Below are positions 19,774 to 29,801 of a DNA stretch of 64,000 bases, piece by piece. This stretch comes from Candidatus Bathyarchaeia archaeon. GTDB lineage: Archaea > Thermoproteota > Bathyarchaeia > 40CM-2-53-6. Positions within the stretch are counted from its first letter, which is position 1. Each line of letters begins with the position of its first letter. The translations under genes were made by a program, and so were the position numbers. The notes beneath the pieces were generated by a model. The model saw only the letters and a program-made list of their open reading frames with translations, had not been told where the DNA came from and did not search any database. The stretch is taken from positions 768,001 to 832,000 of the forward strand of contig JBEKVV010000001.1 of assembly GCA_049513715.1 (NCBI GenBank). Direction: 5' to 3'.

Positions 19774-20787
19774 TCAGCTACCCGAAAGCCGCACGCCTCT
19801 ATCATCGAGTCGACTCGCGAAAACCCTTGCCGACGGAAATGCCGAGTGAACAGCCCGCATTACGCGAGGAACCCTGGAGTTTTCAGCAACTGCATGAACA
19901 GCCTTTCCGATCATGTTCTGCCCCACCCCCACGACTCCTGCAGACTCCATGATCCTCACAAGTTGCGCAATTTCCGGTGTTTGAAATCCTGCGTTCTCAG
20001 CGAATCTTCGCACTTCGCTGAGAAATGTCCTCAGGTCCGGTTTGCTGCGAATAGATTTCATAGCATGTCGGGCAGGAGGGTTTACTCTCGCAGCCAAGTC
20101 AGATTGCGAGAGAGCTTCGCGAGTAGGAATCGATCCCAGATACACGCATACGATTGAATGGTTCTTTGGAAAGATCAGTCGGTCAACCAGACCTATGCCA
20201 GGCGGGCCGGGCTCGGTAACTAGAACGAAGCCTCCAATGAGGACAGGGTATGCGGTTCCCAAACCCGTATGGTTTAGGACCTCAGCGACGTGCGTCAGTT
20301 CGCCGATCTCGTTTATTGAAATCGGAAGCTGAGCGGCATCGGCAAGAGCGAGGCATGAAGCAGCTGTTCCTCCAGCACTTGTGCCATATCCAGCCCCGAT
20401 TGGAACCTTCACTTTCAGGTTGACTCGAACATCTTGTGTCGAACCGACTCTTTCGAGCAAATGCTCGAGTGCCCATCTTGTTGTGTGGGCTTCTGGTGCA
20501 GGTCTTCCGTTTATTCGGATTGCGATGGTTGTCTTTGATGCTTTGTTGGCTGTGATGGTTGCGGAGATTCCAAGTTTGAGGGCGAAGCCGCCACCCCTGG
20601 CGCCAATTCGGATGGGATCTGTGATGGGTTTGCCTTCGGCATCGGTTGTGCAGATTTCGAAGAAACTGGATATGGCGGCAGGGGATACTGCTTCCGAAGA
20701 GGGCAAAGTTCTCTTCCTAGGACTTGGCGCGGCTGGAACTCTGATGATACTGCAGACTCGGAAACGCTGCTTTGCACGCCGCCACAA
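19774..20787 (-). CDS. pantoate kinase (GHMP family)
   Basis: SPAAISSFF, PIGAGYGTS, AEV...TGLG, GQNMIG; real start probably near 20700. Confidence 0.85.
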   Translation of the reverse strand: MWRRAKQRFRVCSIIRVPAAPSPRKRTLPSSEAVSPAAISSFFEICTTDAEGKPITDPIRIGARGGGFALKLGISATITANKASKTTIAIRINGRPAPEAHTTRWALEHLLERVGSTQDVRVNLKVKVPIGAGYGTSAGGTAASCLALADAAQLPISINEIGELTHVAEVLNHTGLGTAYPVLIGGFVLVTEPGPPGIGLVDRLIFPKNHSIVCVYLGSIPTREALSQSDLAARVNPPARHAMKSIRSKPDLRTFLSEVRRFAENAGFQTPEIAQLVRIMESAGVVGVGQNMIGKAVHAVAENSRVPRVMRAVHSAFPSARVFASRLDDRGVRLSGS

Positions 20788-21493
20788 CGGGCGGCGTTAG
20801 CAGAATCAAGAATGGGATCTCGGAAAGGTACGTGAAGGCTGTAGTTGCGTACATGAAGGCCGTTGGCAGCGCACCATTGCCGAGCCCTAGCACGCCTGGC
20901 AGTGTGAAGATTGTGCTGTAACCTACAATCCCAAGGCCAATGATGATGCTTCCAACGCCGAGCCCGATTGAGGAGGCAACCTCAAAGTCAGCCCACCGAT
21001 TTCGTTTCACCGTGAACCCGAGTATCACGATTACGGCCAGCAGACCTACAAAGGAGACGAGAAATTGCGGGCTTCCGAAGCCCCCGGTTCCAGACAGTAA
21101 GTATACGCCGTAGGCAGTTAGGACAATTGGAATGAGAAGACTCAATCCCAACAGGACACGTTTCACTGCTGCGGACGGGTTTCTGTGCGTCAACCAGCCG
21201 ATTAGAAAGAACCCGACGAAATTCGAAGGAACACCTACTAGGAGACTTAGGAGTGGATCATGATGGCCGTAGAAAACGTCGGCAATGAATATTCCAATTG
21301 CGGCTCCGACTCCTCCGGTCCATGGCCCGAAGAGGACGCTAAAGGCTGCGGGGACGAACACTTGAGGCCAGAACCGAACCCCAAAGACCGTCACGGGGAA
21401 AACGGTCCATAGAAGCCCAATGAGCGCATAGAGTGCGGCGTTTACGACTGTAGTTGCCAACCGCAACGACGCGGGGAGAGTTTTGGTTGCCAA
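20717..21493 (-). CDS. ECF transporter S-component-like membrane protein
   Basis: NAALYA, VRFWP, LFGPWTGGVGAAIGIFIAD pattern; multiple TM helices. Confidence 0.7.
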   Translation of the reverse strand: MATKTLPASLRLATTVVNAALYALIGLLWTVFPVTVFGVRFWPQVFVPAAFSVLFGPWTGGVGAAIGIFIADVFYGHHDPLLSLLVGVPSNFVGFFLIGWLTHRNPSAAVKRVLLGLSLLIPIVLTAYGVYLLSGTGGFGSPQFLVSFVGLLAVIVILGFTVKRNRWADFEVASSIGLGVGSIIIGLGIVGYSTIFTLPGVLGLGNGALPTAFMYATTAFTYLSEIPFLILLTPPVVAACKAAFPSLQYHQSSSRAKS

Positions 21494-21790
21494 GATGATT
21501 CCCCCCGGAGATATTTCGTTTGACTATTCTAAGCTTGCCCTGAGGATTTGTATGCGAGGGTCGCCTACTACGAGCCATCTTTGAGAGTGCTTTGCGTGCT
21601 CTCTAGAATTCAGGCAACGCTTCATTTGCAGGCAGCATCAAAGCCGACGAAAAGTAACAGCCCAACAGAACAGACGAAGAGGGACAATTATCATGTTATC
21701 CAGATTGGGGGTTGGAGTCGCGGCAATTCCAGCGCGTCGTGGCCTCAACGAAACGTTAAGATACGGTGGTTAGTGGGCATTAGCGCTTGT

Positions 21791-21953
21791 AGCCCGGTGG
21801 TGTAGTGGTCAAACCAGCAAATGGGACTATGCATAGCAATGGCGCCAGAATAGAACTGCCACTAAACGGCTCTGGATCCCCTCCACCAAAAGGAGAAACC
21901 TGCCGACGGGAGAACAACCAAAAACCCGAATTCGAATCTCCCCCGGGCTACCA
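21791..21953 (+). tRNA. tRNA-Gln(CTG) with four introns
   Basis: Removing 21813-21830, 21839-21867, 21876-21897 and 21913-21930 gives a 76-nt cloverleaf: AGCCCGG/CCGGGCT acceptor with ACCA, GCAGG/CCTGC anticodon stem, CTG anticodon, GGGAG-TTCGAAT-CTCCC T arm. Confidence 0.9.
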
Positions 21954-22152
21954 ACAACCATTGTAAATATCTTCGGTCGGGGTACCATTGAGTTCAGATT
22001 GAAAGTCTCCAATGTGAGATGAAGCTTACGAGTCACCATTCCTGAAGAAAAACACAGCCTAAGGCACCCACCGTCAATTAATCATGGGCCGAACCGGATC
22101 CTCTAAGGGTGCCATACACCTATGCTGGCCCTGCATCATCTAAAAACACGTT

Positions 22153-23691
22153 TCATTCCAGGGAACCAATAGCTTTCTCCACTTCCACAAGGATTTCGCA
22201 TGACTTCACGAGTTCCTTCATCTTGTTGTGATCGGGATGAAGCGGGCGGTCGATGTCGAGATACTTGACGTGTTTACGGATCACATTATGAGCAACTTGT
22301 GTTCCCTTTCCGAATTCGTATGGTGTTTCATATTTTTTACGTAAGTCAAGGGCTTGGGCAGCGGCCATGAATTCAATTCCCAAAATGCCATAAGCATTGT
22401 CGAGTATCTGGAAATTCTTCAGGGCGGTGTTCATGCCCATGGAAACGAAATCTTCCTGGTCGGCAGCAGCCGGGATCGACTGCATGGAGGCCGGCATGCA
22501 AAGGATTCGCTGTTCTACGATCTGCATATCAGCGGTATATTGGCTTAACATTAGCCCGGAGAACATGCCGGCGCCCTTAATCAGGAAGGGCGGAAGCCCC
22601 ACGCTGAGTGCCGGGTTATTCAGGCGGTTCATGCGGCGTTCAGAAAGTACGCTTACCATTGTTACTGCAACACCTATCATATCCATAGGCAAGGCAATGG
22701 GCGAGCCCTGGAAATTGGCGCCTGAGAGTACCAAGTTTTCATCCGGGAAGAAAAGAGGATTATCCCCCACACCATTGAGTTCGATCTCTACCTGTACTCT
22801 GGCAAAGCCAAGCGCATCATGTGCTGCACCAATCACCTGCGGTGTGGAACGCATTGAATATGCATCCTGCACTTTCACTTTTAGACGGCCTTCAGATAGG
22901 TCACCGCCAGCTGCTACCGTGCGGATTGATTTTGCACTGCGGACGCCACCGGGGAAACCGCGTACTTCAAGAATTAATCCATGATACGGTTTGAGGTTGG
23001 CTTTCAGCGCCTCCAGCGACATGGCACAGGCTATTTCAGCCTGCTTAAGCCAGTTGTTGGTGTCATATATCATCAGCGCCGACATGGCGGTAAGTACATT
23101 GGAACCATTGATAACGGCCAGACCATCGCGTACCTCCAGTCCGGGAATGGAGATACCTGCGCGTTCCATGGCCACATGGCCGTCCAGAAATTCACTCTTG
23201 TAATAGGCATGCCCTTCACCCATCATAAGCAAAGCAATCTGCGACATGGGTGCTAAATCACCGCAAGCACCCACCGACCCTTTGGTGCATACATAGGGCG
23301 TAACACCCTTGTTCAACATATCCACTAAAGTTTGGGTAATCGCCAGGCGGCAACCGGAATTCCCGTGTGCATGAACGTTGATACGCGCCAGCATCGCACC
23401 ACGTACCCAGTCAATGGGCATGGGATCGCCTATGCCTGCAGCATGATTGTAAATCAAATACCTCTGAAAATCCTTTACCTGATCATCGTTGAGCACTATC
23501 TCCGAAAATTCGCCTATACCAGTATTGACACCGTACATGATCTCATGGGCTTCAACTTTTTTCTCAAGCATCGCGCGGCACGAATTGATCCTTTTAATGG
23601 AATCGGGATGCAGTTCCACTTTTTCGTCATGACGTGCAACGCGTACAACGTCTTCAATGGTCAATCCTGAACCACTGATCACCAGTGTCAT
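22153..23691 (-). CDS. MIO-dependent aromatic amino acid ammonia-lyase (histidine ammonia-lyase family)
   Basis: YGVNTGIG, GSVGACGDLAP, QDAYSMR, DNP, GANF, DQEDFVSMG. Confidence 0.92.
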   Translation of the reverse strand: MTLVISGSGLTIEDVVRVARHDEKVELHPDSIKRINSCRAMLEKKVEAHEIMYGVNTGIGEFSEIVLNDDQVKDFQRYLIYNHAAGIGDPMPIDWVRGAMLARINVHAHGNSGCRLAITQTLVDMLNKGVTPYVCTKGSVGACGDLAPMSQIALLMMGEGHAYYKSEFLDGHVAMERAGISIPGLEVRDGLAVINGSNVLTAMSALMIYDTNNWLKQAEIACAMSLEALKANLKPYHGLILEVRGFPGGVRSAKSIRTVAAGGDLSEGRLKVKVQDAYSMRSTPQVIGAAHDALGFARVQVEIELNGVGDNPLFFPDENLVLSGANFQGSPIALPMDMIGVAVTMVSVLSERRMNRLNNPALSVGLPPFLIKGAGMFSGLMLSQYTADMQIVEQRILCMPASMQSIPAAADQEDFVSMGMNTALKNFQILDNAYGILGIEFMAAAQALDLRKKYETPYEFGKGTQVAHNVIRKHVKYLDIDRPLHPDHNKMKELVKSCEILVEVEKAIGSLE

Positions 23692-23829
23692 ACTATCTCT
23701 CCTTATTTTCAATACATCTTAATTTGTTATGAATGTTCCCAAATTTCAAAGGGATACCATCATCCCGGTCTAGCGGTGCACGCACACACACAAGAAAATA
23801 ATCGGAGCGTTGTAGAGTCTGTCTTGTCA

Positions 23830-24294
23830 TCATTTCCTGTGGCCATAGTCTCTTTCGAGCGCTGCCACATATTTGTCCCAGACTTCGTGGGTATGCTTTA
23901 CATCTTGTGCTTTGGTCGGCGCCTTGCGTATCTTGTAATGTTCTATGAATTTCATGTCGAGCTTAGTCCTTCGAGGCCCAAGTTTTGTCAACACGTAGTC
24001 GCCTGCTTCGTCATCCTCATCGCTTATGAAGTCGAGGTGCCAGGCCTTTGGCGGATAGAGTGTAACTACATTCACGGCGCTTCTGGGTTTACCACTGCTC
24101 ATATATGCTGAAGTGTAGATCACCCGATGCCACGTCTTTAGCAGGATTTTTCGCTTCCGTTTTGAACCTGTTATCTTAGGGTCGCTTTCTCGATAGTCGG
24201 TACACCAATCATAGACAAATCGAAGTGGAGCTCTAATAGTCTTTGAGACGTGGAAAGTGTGAGTTTTGGTATACCTAACGCCTTTCAAGTCCAA
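23830..24294 (-). CDS. hypothetical protein, possibly SRPBCC-like
   Basis: VSKTIRAPLRFVYDW N-terminus resembles START/SRPBCC proteins. Confidence 0.55.
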   Translation of the reverse strand: MDLKGVRYTKTHTFHVSKTIRAPLRFVYDWCTDYRESDPKITGSKRKRKILLKTWHRVIYTSAYMSSGKPRSAVNVVTLYPPKAWHLDFISDEDDEAGDYVLTKLGPRRTKLDMKFIEHYKIRKAPTKAQDVKHTHEVWDKYVAALERDYGHRK

Positions 24295-24582
24295 TATCCC
24301 TGTATGCGAGTGACGCCTCGGGGGTATTTACTATTGCGCAAGATCAATGCAATCAAAGAGCTGGGCCATTCAACAAAGGGCGCTCAAGCGGAATTTTTGG
24401 CCATTCACTTTTTCATAGGTGTGGGTCTAGTGTAGGGGACCAAGAAACTGCCGACACGCCCCCCTCATAGAGCCTACGCATCAAGGTCGGGGAAGAATTA
24501 CGGCTTGGGATGCGTTCAATTTGCGTTTTGAAATGGAAAACGGGGGTGACTGGGAGCGTATCCTCCCAAAGTTACTTTCGGT

Positions 24583-25107
24583 TTATGCCTTAAGGTTAGG
24601 CTGGTACGCGAATAGTGTTTCGCTTCTTGCGATCCCATCAGTATGGGCTAGCTGTTCGACGGTTGATTTCATGAGTTGCTCGTAGTTCTGAGCCTTGTAA
24701 CTCATGATGATGTCGAACTGACCTGGAATACTCCACGCGTCGTATATGGCAGGTATGCTCTTCAGCTTCTGTAAAACTTCCGGTAGTGGCCTGTTGACTG
24801 ATAGTAAGCTGAATCCCCAAACGCCCTGCGCGTCAAGCTTCTGACCGTTAACGAATCCATCATTTGCCGTGAAAGTACTGGTAACATTTACACCGTGGAT
24901 ACTGCGTATTTTGTTGACCATATTGAAAACTTGCTCTGGGTTACTGTTCTTGATTCGCATAATGATATCGTATCGACCGGTCACTGGTGCGCTGAACTCT
25001 ATCTCGCTGTACTTGCGTAGCTCCTCAACCACTTGTGGCACACGGTCACGCTGGACCTTGGCGAACACGTAAGTCGGGAACATTTTGTTTGCTTGCATTG
25101 TATTCAC
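24583..25107 (-). CDS. tandem Lrp/AsnC ligand-binding-domain protein without HTH
   Basis: Two repeats with VTGRYDII and IPGQFDII motifs. Confidence 0.8.
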   Translation of the reverse strand: MNTMQANKMFPTYVFAKVQRDRVPQVVEELRKYSEIEFSAPVTGRYDIIMRIKNSNPEQVFNMVNKIRSIHGVNVTSTFTANDGFVNGQKLDAQGVWGFSLLSVNRPLPEVLQKLKSIPAIYDAWSIPGQFDIIMSYKAQNYEQLMKSTVEQLAHTDGIARSETLFAYQPNLKA

Positions 25108-25215
25108 CTACTAACTCCAAGTATCGATAACGCCAGTCATACCTGTATCATGCTTATAAGACTTGTTACCAAAAGATATATCTGTAACATTACCTAATTC
25201 AGACATGAACGAGCC

Positions 25216-25893
25216 ATGAAAACGGCAAGACCAACGATATCCGGAGTCGTAGTGGACCTCTTAACGCGAAACCATCCCGTTTACGAACACATTCGGATGG
25301 GGCTCATCAACTATCACGCCTTGGCCGCGAGAATCAAGCCTACCGTGGACCGGACTACTGGCAGGGACGTGAACGTTAACACGATAGTCGTAGTCATCAA
25401 GAGGTTTTCAGACGCACAGTCCAAGCTAGGGCTACCGCTCACCATGTCCGTACTTAGAAATTCGAAAATGACATTGAGTAGTGGAGTGGTCGACGTAACA
25501 ATTACCCCTAAGCGAGAAGCTTTCATCACCGAATTGAAGAGACTCGTGGATCTATCTACTGAGCTGAACGAACGCCCTCACATCTTCCCACTCGTAAGCT
25601 CCATCAAGATCATAGCCGATGCAAACGATTACGGAAAACTGAAAACGACACTGAAGAGTCGATACCCCCTAAAACCTCGACTGAACGCGGCGAAGATCAC
25701 AATACATCTATCCGAGGAAGCTGGGAGGTCACCTGGAATCGCAGCGTACATAACTGACCTGCTCTACCGCAACGGAATAAACATCGTAGACGCATTCCTA
25801 GGATACGAAGAGATCATCCTGATCCTCGATGAGTCAGATGGACCACGAGCCTACACGATATTGGAAGAGGAGACCGGCAAGGGTCGCAAGTAA
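25216..25893 (+). CDS. ACT-domain putative regulator
   Basis: N-terminal GLINYHALA..I helix motif; C-terminal PGIAAYITDLLYRNGINIVD ACT domain. Confidence 0.8.
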   Translation: MKTARPTISGVVVDLLTRNHPVYEHIRMGLINYHALAARIKPTVDRTTGRDVNVNTIVVVIKRFSDAQSKLGLPLTMSVLRNSKMTLSSGVVDVTITPKREAFITELKRLVDLSTELNERPHIFPLVSSIKIIADANDYGKLKTTLKSRYPLKPRLNAAKITIHLSEEAGRSPGIAAYITDLLYRNGINIVDAFLGYEEIILILDESDGPRAYTILEEETGKGRK

Positions 25894-27361
25894 GCTTGCT
25901 ATTCCGCTATTCGATGGATGGGGCAACAACTCCTCCATCTAATCGCCTCGCTTGAATCGCTGACCTAATCCACTTAAGGATCGCTGGGGGTAAACGATGC
26001 GCTCTACGATAAGGACCTCAGATTCGGCAGAGACTTTGATTGCAAAACACGCACTATTCACTCTACCCTGAAACTCATTTTTCCGGCCGCCTCTAATCTA
26101 GCGCAGCTTACGCAAAGACCATCCACCGAGGGCAATCCCATAGAGACGACAGGGCCGCCACATTCCCTACATTTTGTTGGAACCATCATAAGAAAATCAT
26201 TCATGATCGTTAGAGATGTCGCTAATTACTGGGCAAGAGGCCGAACGCCTCACCCTAACCAACACGCACCTCAAGACGGACTGCTTTTCGATGGAATGCA
26301 GAAAAAACTACCCTACGGCTGTTGAATTCGCTCGAAGTTTGTTGGTAGATTGTGAATTAACCTGGCTCGGTGTCCGAGCGTTTAGTGTTTGAGCTACAAT
26401 TGCAGCACTTGTTGCAGTTCCCGCAGGTTCCACAGAGATAGTAGGCTGATTGATGGCAACTGGGGCATAATCGATCTTCAAGGCCCTTCACAACTTGCTT
26501 CAAAGTCTACCGCGCCCTGCCGCTCGCTTGACCCGCTCTATTGGCCATTCTCTTCCGTTTCTTCTGCCATTCAGGTCTCGTCAAATCAAGACCCTTTCCA
26601 TCAGATTCAGTAACATGCTGCAAACTGAAGAACCTTTCCTGTTACCCTTTCCCTCGAATTGCAAAACAGGGTTCTGCATCCATCATGCCGTCAATCCTTC
26701 ATGCACCCGCGAGGTGCTCCGAACCCCTGACCACTTATGCTTCTGGAATTAAATAGGAAAAGTTCTATTCGCGCGCCTGCTTCAATTCCGTGAGACCTCG
26801 ATTTGACGAAAGGGGTTCTTAGCAGTATCTAGTGTGGGATCGGCTGTGAAAGGAAAGGAGCGGGGTAGAGTCAGAAGAATGAGAAGGACCAGCCGCAGAA
26901 AGGAAGAGAGGAAAGAACACAAGAAAAGGACAGAACGAGGGCTACTAATCCTATAACAAAAAGGAATTACGAAAGAGAGTCGCAAATTCCTAGCTGCGTG
27001 ACATAATTGCCTCAAACTCAAGAGAATAAGACGAGAAGAAGAAAGAGAAGGAAAACGACGAGAGCTCACAACTAAAACCAAGGGTTGCTTCGAGCCCTGC
27101 GACACGAGAAATAAGAAGGACTATTCCCGTTAGAAGGAGGGCTCCTACGGTGGTCGAGGGCTACTGTGACCGTTGTGGGTCATGGTCTTACAGTTTATTC
27201 AGACGTAACGCTCAATACTTGTGTGAGCGGTGCGTCGAGCATCGATTTTGATTTGCTTAGGCAGTGAAGTCGTCTTTGCAGATTTGAAATCGCATGAATT
27301 TTCAGAAACAGGAAAGCGTGTGGTTATCGGATTGGGGCTCGGAAGAAAGCGTATTGTGTAG

Positions 27362-27401
27362 TTAATATAGCGCGGATGACATATGCGTTACCAGAGGTAA
27401 C
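27362..27401 (+). promoter_or_regulatory. TATA box and palindromic operator upstream of the thermosome gene
   Basis: ttaatata at 27362; gttacc-aga-ggtaac at 27387-27401. Confidence 0.45.
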
Positions 27402-27516
27402 AGCCGGAAACCATGTGGCGTAGGCCACACAATCTTGAGGCTCTCTAAGACGAGGCCTCTGAGTCTAGGTCAAGGTCGTTACCTCACACATAGAAGTTAC
27501 AATTTGATGATCTAAT

Positions 27517-29175
27517 ATGTCCGGACAAGGAATGCAAGTCATGATTCTGAGAGAAGGTTCTCAACGAACAACTGGAAAGGATGCGCAGCGAAACAACATA
27601 CTCGCGGCGAAAGTTATCACTGAAACCATAAAGACCACGCTCGGCCCGCAAGGGATGGACAAAATGCTGGTCTCTGGTATGGGTGACGTAGTCATAACAA
27701 ACGACGGAGCTACCATAATGAAAGAGCTGGATGTTCAACATCCCGCCGCTAAGATGCTTGTTGAGGTAGCAAAGAGCCAAGATAGTGAAGTGGGCGATGG
27801 TACGACCACCGTCGTTGTTCTCGCCGGCGAACTCTTGACGAGGGCGGAGAAGCTTCTTGACCAAGATGTTCACCCGACCGTCATCGTTGAAGGTTACAAG
27901 AAGGCTTCCGACAAAGCTTTGGAGATCCTCCAAAACCTATCAATCGGCATACAACCTGACGACGAAAAGATGCTCAAACTCGTCGCAATGACCTCGATGG
28001 GCACAAAGGCAACTGCTGGAACGAGCGAACACCTCGGAACACTAGCCACGAAAGCCATCCGTCAAGTCATGGAAGAGAGAGATGGCAAGATTACCGCTGA
28101 CATAGACCGAATCAAGGTCTTGAAGAAAAAGGGCGAAAGCATGGAGCAAAGCGAGCTCATCAAGGGCATCGTTGTCGACAAGGAAATCGCACACTCCCAA
28201 ATGCCAAAACAAGTAAAAAACGCAAAAATCGCCCTACTCAACGCGAAACTCGAGATTGAGAAGACCGAATTCGATGCGAAAATTAACATCAATTCACCAG
28301 ACCAAATGAAAGGTTTCCTTGACGAAGAAGAATCAATGCTCCGCGAAATGACGGAAAAGGTAGCGAAGAGCGGGGCCAACGTGATCTTCTGCGAGAAGAG
28401 CATTGACGACCTCGCACTGCACTTCCTCTCCAAGAAGAACATAATGGCTGTCAAAAACGTCAGCAGCGGAGACATGGAAAAACTAGCCAAAGCCACAGGC
28501 GGAACCATACAAGCCAGCACAAAGGACATACCCACCGAAGGACTCGGTGAAGCAAAACTCGTCGAAGAAGTCAAGATCGGAGACGACAAACTCGTCTACG
28601 TTCGCGACTGCAAAGACCCTCACGCCGTCACCGTGATGATCCGGGGCGGTTCCGAACATGTTGTGGACGAAGCCGAACGCTCTTTCCACGACGGTCTCTG
28701 CGTAGTCAGAAACGCCGTCGAGGATGGCAAGATTGTTGCTGGTGGAGGAGCCCCCGAAGCTGAAACAGCAAAGCAACTTCGCGACTACGCTCTAAAAGTA
28801 GGAGGACGCGAACAACTCGCGATCGAAGCCTACGCCGAAGCACTGGAAGCCATCCCCCTCACAATAGCTGAAAACAGCGGACTCGACCCAATCGACATAA
28901 TGGTTGAACTTAGATCAAAACATGCAAACCCAGAAAACAAATGGTTTGGCGTCCAAGTCAAAACCGGCAAGATCGCTGACATGCTCGCGAATAACATAAT
29001 CGAACCACTAAGGGTAAAACAGCAAGCCGTCAAATCCGCCACAGAAGCCGCCTGCATGCTACTACGAATAGATGACATCCTATCCTCAAAAGGCACGAAG
29101 GAAGGAGGTCCTCCAGGAGGCCCCGGCGGGATGCCGGGAGGCATGCCTGGCGGAATGCCCCCAGGCATGATGTAA
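27517..29175 (+). CDS. ths: thermosome (group II chaperonin) subunit
   Basis: [30 protein letters not shown]-terminal GGMP repeats. Confidence 0.97.
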   Translation: MSGQGMQVMILREGSQRTTGKDAQRNNILAAKVITETIKTTLGPQGMDKMLVSGMGDVVITNDGATIMKELDVQHPAAKMLVEVAKSQDSEVGDGTTTVVVLAGELLTRAEKLLDQDVHPTVIVEGYKKASDKALEILQNLSIGIQPDDEKMLKLVAMTSMGTKATAGTSEHLGTLATKAIRQVMEERDGKITADIDRIKVLKKKGESMEQSELIKGIVVDKEIAHSQMPKQVKNAKIALLNAKLEIEKTEFDAKININSPDQMKGFLDEEESMLREMTEKVAKSGANVIFCEKSIDDLALHFLSKKNIMAVKNVSSGDMEKLAKATGGTIQASTKDIPTEGLGEAKLVEEVKIGDDKLVYVRDCKDPHAVTVMIRGGSEHVVDEAERSFHDGLCVVRNAVEDGKIVAGGGAPEAETAKQLRDYALKVGGREQLAIEAYAEALEAIPLTIAENSGLDPIDIMVELRSKHANPENKWFGVQVKTGKIADMLANNIIEPLRVKQQAVKSATEAACMLLRIDDILSSKGTKEGGPPGGPGGMPGGMPGGMPPGMM

Positions 29176-29181
29176 CCACCC

Positions 29182-29301
29182 TTAAGTCCTCATGATGTTT
29201 CGACCCGCTCGACGTTTCCTCACAGGACCGCGTCCACCAGCCGACTTAGCGGCACGCTTCTTAGCCGCAGTCATTCTGCCGCCTCTGCTTTTCTTTGCCA
29301 T
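29182..29301 (-). CDS. 39-aa Arg/Lys-rich basic microprotein
   Basis: MAKKSRGGRMTAAKKRAAKSAGGRGPVRKRRAGRNIMRT with a GGTGA RBS upstream. Confidence 0.65.
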   Translation of the reverse strand: MAKKSRGGRMTAAKKRAAKSAGGRGPVRKRRAGRNIMRT

Positions 29302-29348
29302 TTTCAAATCACCCCTTGAATCTCTTTTTCAGGTTTTGTCTCTTCTCT

Positions 29349-29567
29349 CTATCCTGAAGGGTTCGCTTCGTACGTGCTCATTTTTGAGCCGCATGTGGGG
29401 CAATCAGCCATTGCGTAGTCGGTTCGGTGCTTATGCTCTGTGGCCACGACGGTTCTAGGGGCTTTGCACTGAAGGCAGTAAAACAGCATGGGGTGGTTCT
29501 CACGGAACTGGAACTGGGGCTTCAGGTTGGCCCCGCACTGATCGCAGTAATTACTCGAATAACTCAT
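29349..29567 (-). CDS. small zinc-ribbon protein (three CxxC)
   Basis: CDQC, CLQC, CPTC; start at ATG 29567. Confidence 0.6.
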   Translation of the reverse strand: MSYSSNYCDQCGANLKPQFQFRENHPMLFYCLQCKAPRTVVATEHKHRTDYAMADCPTCGSKMSTYEANPSG

Positions 29568-29578
29568 AGGAGAGGCCT

Positions 29579-29734
29579 CTATGACAATATACGGCGCCCT
29601 TGAAGTAGTCTGATGATTATTACGATGAGTGCGATAACGAGCAATAGATGGATTAGACCTCCGCCGATACCGCCAATGAGTCCCAGTAGCCAGAGAATTA
29701 CAATAACCACGACTATGGCCACTAATAGGTCCAT
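29579..29734 (-). CDS. lmo0937/DUF5670-like small membrane protein, copy 1
   Basis: MDLLVAIVVVIVILWLLGLIGGIGGGLIHLLLVIALIVIIIRLLQGRRILS. Confidence 0.8.
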   Translation of the reverse strand: MDLLVAIVVVIVILWLLGLIGGIGGGLIHLLLVIALIVIIIRLLQGRRILS

Positions 29735-29757
29735 CAACGATTCGCCTCACGACGTAT

Positions 29758-29801
29758 CATAGTTGAATTGCGCTAATAAACGCTACATATTTATATCGTT
29801 A
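29758..29801 (-). promoter_or_regulatory. conserved upstream element, copy 1
   Basis: Near-identical to 35156-35198 and 43473-43515; about 24 nt upstream of the ATG. Confidence 0.7.

Noticed and set aside
28062..29168. Long antisense ORFs here and over other conserved genes
   Set aside because: Shadows of well-supported genes on the opposite strand with no motifs of their own.
29100..29172. GGMP repeats as a DNA repeat element
   Set aside because: Normal chaperonin C-terminal tail.
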